Origin: a bacterium
GTDB lineage: Bacteria; Patescibacteriota; Minisyncoccia; Phycocordibacterales; GWA1-40-21
Assembly: GCA_037147155.1 (NCBI GenBank)
Contig: JBAWVR010000002.1
Location: 1-38,573 of the forward strand
Reading direction: 5' to 3'
DNA length: 38,573 nt
The position numbers and the translations under genes were made by a program. Positions 32,690-38,573 of the stretch are shown piece by piece. The notes below the pieces were generated by a model, which worked only from the letters and a program-made list of their open reading frames with translations, was not told the origin of the DNA and did not search any database. Positions within the stretch are counted from its first letter, which is position 1; each line of letters opens with the position of its first letter.

Positions 32690-33970
32690 ATGTTAGATAT
32701 AAAATTCATTCGCGAGAATAAAGACTTGGTAGCCGCAGGTGCTATCAAAAAGCACGTCAAAATCGATATTGACGAGCTTATTAGAATTGATGATAAACGT
32801 CGCGAGATGATGACATCTTTTGAATCTAAGCGCGCCGAGCAGAATGCCGCTTCTCAGAAATTGCCACAAATGCAGAATCCAGAAGAAAAAGCTCAACTTC
32901 TCGCCGAGATGAAAGTTTTGAAGGAGGAAATGGCCAAAGAAGAAGAAGGTCTGAAGGAAGTAATGAAAACTTGGCAAGCTATGATGCTCCAGGTGCCTAA
33001 CATTCCCGACATGTCTGTGCCAGAAGGCAAAGATGATTCTGAAAACAAAGAATACAGTACTTGGGGTGAAGTACCAAAGTTTGATTTTCCAGTCAAAGAC
33101 CACATCAAGCTTTTGGAAGACTTGGATTTGGCTGATTTTGAAGCCGGAACAAAAGTTGCTGGTTTTCGCGGTTACTTCTTAAAGAACGAAGGTGCTCTTT
33201 TGGAATTAGCATTGTTCCAATTTGTGACCGAAGAGTTTATCAAGAAAGGAGATTATGTACCAATGGTTGTGCCATCTCTCGTTCGACGCGAAACTCTTGT
33301 TGGTACTGGTATGTTGCCGCAAAGTGAGGAAGACCTTTACAAGACTCAGGACGCTGATTATCTAGCTGGTACAGCTGAAGTAGCAACTATGAGCTACTAT
33401 GCCGACAAGACATTAGACAAAAAAGATTTACCAAAAAAGATTATCGCTTTCTCTCCATGTTTCCGTCGCGAAGCCGGTTCATATAGTAAAGATGTAAAAG
33501 GTTTGTACCGTGTTCATGAATTTTTCAAATTCGAACAAGTGATTGTTTGCGAAGCTGATCATCAGACTTCAGTGAACTTCCATGAGGAGCTCCGTGAGAA
33601 CTCTGAAAAACTTCTCCAGCTTTTGAATTTGCCATATCGCGTTGTGGTCAACTGTGGTGGTGACTTGGGACTCGGTCAGGTAAAGAAATATGATATCGAG
33701 ACTTGGTCTCCAGCAGCGGATAAATATCGCGAAACTCACTCTTGTTCATACTTCCATGATTTTCAGTGTCGTCGTTTAAATATTCGTTACAAAGATGAAG
33801 ATGGTAAGACTCGTATTGCTCACTCACTCAACAACACTGCTCTCGCTATGCCACGTGTCTTGATTCAGCTTTTGGAAAATTATCAGCAAGCCGATGGTAC
33901 TGTAAAAGTGCCAGAAGTTTTGAAAAAATACATGGGAGGTATTGAAGTTATCGCTCCAAAGAAAAAATAA
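32690..33970 (+). CDS. serS: seryl-tRNA synthetase
   Basis: N-terminal coiled-coil arm starting MLDIKFIRENKD. Class II motifs FRRE..G and GLGQ; RIAHSLNNTALA. Confidence 0.95.
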   Translation: MLDIKFIRENKDLVAAGAIKKHVKIDIDELIRIDDKRREMMTSFESKRAEQNAASQKLPQMQNPEEKAQLLAEMKVLKEEMAKEEEGLKEVMKTWQAMMLQVPNIPDMSVPEGKDDSENKEYSTWGEVPKFDFPVKDHIKLLEDLDLADFEAGTKVAGFRGYFLKNEGALLELALFQFVTEEFIKKGDYVPMVVPSLVRRETLVGTGMLPQSEEDLYKTQDADYLAGTAEVATMSYYADKTLDKKDLPKKIIAFSPCFRREAGSYSKDVKGLYRVHEFFKFEQVIVCEADHQTSVNFHEELRENSEKLLQLLNLPYRVVVNCGGDLGLGQVKKYDIETWSPAADKYRETHSCSYFHDFQCRRLNIRYKDEDGKTRIAHSLNNTALAMPRVLIQLLENYQQADGTVKVPEVLKKYMGGIEVIAPKKK

Positions 33971-34009
33971 TTCTCCAATCTGTTAGTCTGACTTTGATCT
34001 TTAAAATAT

Positions 34010-34837
34010 ATGGTGCGACGTGTGCAAACAAAAAAAACAAGTCGGGTGAGGGAAGAGCGCCGTCGGGCACTGATTTTAAAGGTGGTTTTGTCTGTAATTG
34101 GTTTGATTATTTTGGTGGTAGTCTCAGCTGTAATTTCCAATCTTAGTACTTTTAGAATAGCTGAGTATGAAATCAATGGCTTGGAGGGGGTAAATGCTCA
34201 GGCTGTTCAAATCGATGCTAAGACACCACTCATTGGTACATATTTCTGGTTTTGGCCTCGAGATTGCTATTTTTATCTTTCAACCACTGCTGTTGAGGAT
34301 AATTTGTTGGCGCTAATTCCTCGTATACAAAAGGTAAATGTTTCTAGATCCGGTTTTAAAACTTTGCAAATTAATATTGTGGAAAGAAAGCCGTCAGGTC
34401 TGTGGTGCGCAAACAAAGACACTGATAAATGTTATTTTCTTGATAATGAAGGTTTGGTCTTCGATCGCGCTCCGGCTCTATCTGGTCAGTTATTTGTAAA
34501 ATATTTAGGCTTGCTGGATTCATCTATTGAACCATTAGGTCAAAGATATTTAACAAAAGAGTCTTTCTCTACACTGACTGATTTTATGAGTTGGGTTTTG
34601 GCAAGTGGAGTATCTGTAGGTAATGTAACAATTGATGCTGACGGTTTTTATCGTTTGCATTTACCGGGCGGAGGGGAGATATTTGTGAGTGATAGACAGG
34701 ATGTTGATAGAACGTTTCGCAATCTCCAAACTCTTTTGAAAGAGAAAGGTTTATTATCAAAAACAGTTAGCTTTGATACCAACTTGGATTATATCGATTT
34801 GCGTTTTGGTGAAAAAGTCTATATAAAGAAGAAGTGA
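34010..34837 (+). CDS. FtsQ-type POTRA-domain cell-division protein (putative)
   Basis: Basic N-terminus, single TM helix, then a POTRA-like IAEYEINGLEGVNAQAV.. segment. Confidence 0.5.
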   Translation: MVRRVQTKKTSRVREERRRALILKVVLSVIGLIILVVVSAVISNLSTFRIAEYEINGLEGVNAQAVQIDAKTPLIGTYFWFWPRDCYFYLSTTAVEDNLLALIPRIQKVNVSRSGFKTLQINIVERKPSGLWCANKDTDKCYFLDNEGLVFDRAPALSGQLFVKYLGLLDSSIEPLGQRYLTKESFSTLTDFMSWVLASGVSVGNVTIDADGFYRLHLPGGGEIFVSDRQDVDRTFRNLQTLLKEKGLLSKTVSFDTNLDYIDLRFGEKVYIKKK

Positions 34838-35859
34838 AAAAAGTAGCCACAGAGATTAGATTCAAGGATTCTAAAGGTTTCTGGCAGACATTGCCGACGC
34901 CTTTTTTCTGTTTGGCGCCCATGCTCGATGTGACTGATCAGGCTTTTCGACAGGTAATTGCTAAATATAGTCGTCATGGTGAAGTTGGTGGTGGCCCCGA
35001 TGTTTTTTGGACTGAATTTGTTTCAGCTGACGGACTAGATTCTCGTGGTTATGAAAATCTATTGCTGATGTTGGCTTTTAAGAAAAACGAGAAACCAATA
35101 GTGGCTCAGATTTTTACTGCATCACCAGCTCACATGTTGAAAGCTGCCCAGATTATTGAGAAACTTGGCTTCGATGGATTAGATATTAATATGGGTTGTC
35201 CAGACAAAGGTGTACAAAAGCAGGGTTCTGGCGCAGCACTGATTAAGAGCCCTAAACTTGCACGCGAGATTATTCGAGCTGCTTTAGAAGGCGCTCCAAA
35301 TATCCCAGTCTCAGTAAAAACTCGTTTGGGTTACAACAAGGAAGAGATTGAAACTTGGATTCCGGAATTACTAAAGGAAAATATTGCTGCTCTCACTATT
35401 CATGGTCGCACCAAGAAAGATATGTCCGAAGTGCCAGCTCGTTGGGAGTCTATCAGGAAAGTGGTGGAAGAAGTTAGAAAGTCTGGCCGCGATATTCCCG
35501 TGATTGGTAACGGTGACGTTAGTGATTTGAAGGATGGAGAACAGAAGGCTAAGGAGTCTGGTTGTGACGGTATTATGATTGGTCGCGGTATTTTTGGTAA
35601 GCCGTGGTTATTTGACCGAGCTCGAAAGACTGAACCAACCTTGCCTGAACGTTTAGATATGCTGATACACCACACCGAGCAATTTTTAAAGATTATTGGT
35701 AAACGAAAAGCTTTTGATGTCATGAAAAAACATTACAAAGCTTATTGTAGCGGCTTTGACGGAGCCAGGGATTTGCGCATTGCGCTCATGGCTGCTCCAG
35801 ACCTTGCAACGGTTAAAAAATTAGTGAAAGATTTTCTTAAGACATACAAAAGTCAATAG
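34834..35859 (+). CDS. dus: tRNA-dihydrouridine synthase
   Basis: LAPMLDVTDQAFR, DINMGCP, VSVKTRLG and LTIHGRT motifs. The GTG start overlaps the upstream stop. Confidence 0.85.
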   Translation: MKKVATEIRFKDSKGFWQTLPTPFFCLAPMLDVTDQAFRQVIAKYSRHGEVGGGPDVFWTEFVSADGLDSRGYENLLLMLAFKKNEKPIVAQIFTASPAHMLKAAQIIEKLGFDGLDINMGCPDKGVQKQGSGAALIKSPKLAREIIRAALEGAPNIPVSVKTRLGYNKEEIETWIPELLKENIAALTIHGRTKKDMSEVPARWESIRKVVEEVRKSGRDIPVIGNGDVSDLKDGEQKAKESGCDGIMIGRGIFGKPWLFDRARKTEPTLPERLDMLIHHTEQFLKIIGKRKAFDVMKKHYKAYCSGFDGARDLRIALMAAPDLATVKKLVKDFLKTYKSQ

Positions 35860-35892
35860 GGCCAAAATTACGTAACCTTTTGCTTTTTAATA

Positions 35893-35933
35893 CAAGTCTT
35901 GCCGACTAGTGTTGTTGGGTGTTTAATTATATT
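35893..35933 (+). promoter_or_regulatory. promoter-like element, copy a
   Basis: CAAGTCTTGC-N14-GGGTGTTTAATTA, which fits a -35-like TTGCCG and a TG-extended -10-like region. It is duplicated at 36406. Confidence 0.5.
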
Positions 35934-35974
35934 TGGTAAATCTGTTCCTTAACCTTTTTACGGGGAGGTGTATT

Positions 35975-36172
35975 ATGAATAAACCTGTTTGTGAGCGTCC
36001 AAGACCACTGTGCCAAGAAACCAAGTGCTGTACGGAGAGTTGTCTTAGAAGTGAGATGAAAGGTGGTCACACAGCAACTTGTCCACAGTGCCAAAAGGAG
36101 GTGCCCATGTCATCAATGGAATCTAAGCCCGGAGGTGGTTCGTTTGTTTGTCTGACTTGCCGTGGAAAATGA
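35975..36172 (+). CDS. 65-aa Cys-rich small protein (zinc-ribbon-like)
   Basis: ggggaggtg SD before the ATG at 35975. Contains 10 Cys, including the CPQC and CLTC pairs. Confidence 0.5.
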   Translation: MNKPVCERPRPLCQETKCCTESCLRSEMKGGHTATCPQCQKEVPMSSMESKPGGGSFVCLTCRGK

Positions 36173-36348
36173 AGTGTTCCCAAACTCTAAACCAAGGAGG
36201 TGTAACACTGACCCACTTTACTCAACTTTTCGGGGTGAGAAAAAGACGGTATTTTCTACACTTGAATTTCGTAATGACTAACCATTATCAGAAATAAGAG
36301 GTGAAACAATAAGGATGAACCCTTTCGATTTTGAGTCTATATGCAATT

Positions 36349-36376
36349 CACCCCGCGACCGTACGGGGTGTTTTTT
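36349..36376 (+). terminator. intrinsic terminator
   Basis: caccccg cgaccgta cggggtg tttttt. Confidence 0.85.
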
Positions 36377-36405
36377 AATATTACAAAATTATTTATATGT
36401 TCTTT

Positions 36406-36446
36406 CAAGACTTGCTAGTATTCTCTTGAGGGTGTTTAATTAATTT
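36406..36446 (+). promoter_or_regulatory. promoter-like element, copy b
   Basis: CAAGACTTGC-N14-GGGTGTTTAATTA. Same spacing and an identical 13-mer to copy a. Confidence 0.5.
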
Positions 36447-36803
36447 AGCAAATTTAGTACATTGTAAAGGTGGAAAGGAGGTGACTCACTAACATACTTG
36501 GAGGAATAGAAAACAATACGGAATGTTTTCTGTTGGCCGTGGGCGAAACCATCATCCTTATCCCAGAAAGGGACAGATTATCTCAGCTCATTTGGGTTTG
36601 CAATTCAGCATTACCCAGCAACTTGAGAGGAGGTGGTCCTAATTCCTTGTGGGCCAATCATCGTATTGTAGGCGGAAGCTGAACCGTGTTCGAGCGCCTC
36701 GGTGTGCTCCATGATTCATAAGCCTGTCCTAGACTTCTAGCCTCGTCGTTAGATTGGGATGCAAATTAAACCATCGCTTTGTCCGTACACTGCGGTGGTT
36801 TTC
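36447..36803 (+). ncRNA. candidate ~350-nt non-coding RNA of unknown family
   Basis: Bounded by promoter copy b and a terminator-like hairpin (aaaccatcgc..gcggtggttt+T). No ORF of 60 aa or more on either strand. Several local helices, for example agaaaaca/tgttttct and ttggcc/ggccaa. Confidence 0.4.
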
Positions 36804-36927
36804 TATTCAATATCACCTTCAGTGGTTTAAAATTTTGTAAGATTGTTCCTTGTCGGCGGCGCTGGTGGTACGGCCCACATCAGTGACTGTGAAGTAAACA
36901 TTATTAACCCCTATTTACGTTTAGACT

Positions 36928-36959
36928 ACCCACCTCGGACCGTAAGGTGGGTTTTTTTA
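36928..36959 (+). terminator. intrinsic terminator upstream of dnaX
   Basis: acccacct cggaccgta aggtgggt ttttttt. Confidence 0.85.
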
Positions 36960-37008
36960 TTTTTCCCATTTGTCTGCTATAATTCAGATAAGTTAATCAA
37001 TCAAAATT

Positions 37009-38064
37009 ATGAGTAAAACCCAAGAAACAAATACCGAACAAGCCATCTATCGTCGCTATCGTCCACAAGAGTTTAATGATGTGATAGGACAGGATCATAT
37101 TGTAAATACTTTGAAATCTTCTTTAGAAAAAGGACAGATTGGCCATGCTTATCTTTTCTGCGGTTCTCGCGGTACTGGCAAGACTTCAGTGGCGAGAATT
37201 TTGGCCAAGGCAGTCAATTGTGCCCCGAGTGATTTGTCAGAGATTGATGCAGCATCACACAATAGCGTGGATGATATTCGTGAACTCAATGAAGCGGTGA
37301 ATACTTTGCCTTTTGAATCACCATACAAAGTTTATATTTTTGATGAAGTGCACATGCTCTCCAAAGGTGCTTTCAATGCTCTACTTAAAACCTTGGAAGA
37401 ACCACCAAAACACGTGATATTTATTTTGGCTACGACTGAAATGGAAAAAGTACCAGAGACAATTATTTCCCGTTGCCAAGCTTTTGTTTTTCGCAAGCCA
37501 GGTCAAAAGATTTTGAAAGAAATGGTGATGAATATTGCCAAGAAGGAAAAAATTACTTTAGAACCGGCATCAGCTGATTTGATTGCGCTACTCGGAGATG
37601 GTTCTTTCCGTGATACTCAAAGTATTTTGCAAAAAGTTATTTCATCTTCACCGGACAAAAAGATTTCTGCCGAAGAGGTGATGGCTGTGACAGGCGCGCC
37701 ACGAGCTGAGACTATTAATAATTATTTATTGTCTATTAAGAACAAAGATTTGAAAATTGGTCTAAAGTCCATTGAGGATTTGTCAGAGCACAATATTGAT
37801 CCAATCATCTTTATTAAAATGGTGATTTTGAAATTACGTGCGGCTCTTTTGGTCAAGCTTGTTCCGAGCAAAGAGAATGATTTGGCCGAAGATTTTTCTG
37901 AGGCGGATATGGTGTTTGTTAAAGAGATGTCAGCTGATGCCACTGGCGCTATTTCGGCCAAAACTCTCGCCGACCTCACTCTGGTGGCTGATGGACTCAA
38001 AGGGGCAGTCATGCCAACACTGCCACTCGAGATTGCTCTTATGAGGATTATCGGACAAAACTAA
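37009..38064 (+). CDS. dnaX: DNA polymerase III gamma/tau subunit (short, 351 aa)
   Basis: GHAYLFCGSRGTGKTS (Walker A), DEVHMLS, LKTLEEPP and SRCQ sensor motifs. Confidence 0.9.
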   Translation: MSKTQETNTEQAIYRRYRPQEFNDVIGQDHIVNTLKSSLEKGQIGHAYLFCGSRGTGKTSVARILAKAVNCAPSDLSEIDAASHNSVDDIRELNEAVNTLPFESPYKVYIFDEVHMLSKGAFNALLKTLEEPPKHVIFILATTEMEKVPETIISRCQAFVFRKPGQKILKEMVMNIAKKEKITLEPASADLIALLGDGSFRDTQSILQKVISSSPDKKISAEEVMAVTGAPRAETINNYLLSIKNKDLKIGLKSIEDLSEHNIDPIIFIKMVILKLRAALLVKLVPSKENDLAEDFSEADMVFVKEMSADATGAISAKTLADLTLVADGLKGAVMPTLPLEIALMRIIGQN

Positions 38065-38071
38065 ATATATT

Positions 38072-38100
38072 ATAAAACCAAGGCGAGACCTTGGTTTTAT
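38072..38100. terminator. bidirectional intrinsic terminator
   Basis: ataaaaccaagg cgaga ccttggttttat, between convergent genes. Confidence 0.85.
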
Positions 38101-38104
38101 AATT

Positions 38105-38407
38105 TTACTTATTACCCTTGAGAATTAATCTTTCATCGAAACCACCTCTTTCGTCTTTCTTTTTTAAACGAATTTCTTCAACATTTTGATATTCCGGCAA
38201 TTGTCGTAATGCGACGATGACTTCGAGCAAGTCGGCCAATTCTTCTGGACTACCAGCCTCCTTGAACTCATCAAGTTCTTCTTGTAGCTTTTTAATTAAC
38301 TCACTCTTGTATTCTTCTGGTGTGGCAATTCTTTTTTCATAAGCGACACCCTTTTTGTCCAAGATTTCAGGAATTTTGTCGCGAACAAGTTTGTTGTAGG
38401 TTTCCAT
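38105..38407 (-). CDS. MazG-like nucleoside triphosphate pyrophosphohydrolase (small, PRA-PH-like)
   Basis: YNKLVRDKIPEI.., EELDEF.., EELADLLEV... These are the typical all-alpha NTP-PPase EExxE motifs. Confidence 0.8.
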   Translation of the reverse strand: METYNKLVRDKIPEILDKKGVAYEKRIATPEEYKSELIKKLQEELDEFKEAGSPEELADLLEVIVALRQLPEYQNVEEIRLKKKDERGGFDERLILKGNK

Positions 38408-38513
38408 AGTTGATATTATTGTATTACGTACAGCTGTCTTTTGCTAGTATTTTGCTCTTGTTTTTTCGTGTTTTTCACGGTAAAGTATTATTCAGCTATA
38501 CAAAATAGCATAT

Positions 38514-38573
38514 TGTCGGATCGTCTAAAGGTAGGACAGTGGCCTTTGAAGCCATCAATCTTGGTTCGATTCC
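38514..38573 (+). tRNA. tRNA-Gln (anticodon TTG), truncated by the window end
   Basis: Starts with U1 (tgtcgga). D-arm gtct..ggac, anticodon loop ctttgaa, T-arm begins cttggttcgattcc. Confidence 0.8.

Noticed and set aside
36660-36700. An SRP RNA (ffs) is expected upstream of dnaX, and ggcGGAAgct looked like a helix-8 GNRA tetraloop.
   Set aside because: The flanking conserved AGG / AGCA asymmetric-loop nucleotides (GGUCCGGAAGGAAGCAGC-like) are absent. I cannot support an ffs call from sequence alone.

Overview
Low-GC, gene-dense bacterial window. Its content suggests a reduced-genome CPR/Patescibacteria-type organism; that assignment is an inference. Housekeeping genes present: gyrA, rbfA-infB, a NifS-like cysteine desulfurase, clpB, alr, rpmG, miaA, parB, topA, dprA, serS, an FtsQ-like gene, dus, dnaX and a MazG-like gene. 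There are six tandem T4SS-pilin-like paralogs and eight tRNA genes, the last one cut by the window edge. No rRNA, CRISPR array, transposase or integrase ORF is visible. The main finding concerns the seven complete tRNA genes. Each is followed, in its own orientation, by an intrinsic terminator, and six of the seven then carry an inverted copy of that tRNA's own last ~20 nt. In six loci a conserved structured module follows: AGACGG, a hairpin often capped TAGTAA/TAGCAA, GAG-N-CGGGGTCGCG, a second hairpin, GTGACC, then a direct copy of the tRNA 3' strand. The arms match the local tRNA while the core is shared, and compensatory changes support helices. I cannot match this to any RNA family or mobile element I know. 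Other points are two ORF-free regions that may encode ncRNAs (19.6-20.0 kb and 36.2-37.0 kb), several orphan genes that look GC-richer than their surroundings, and small ORFs absent from the ORF track, including rpmG.
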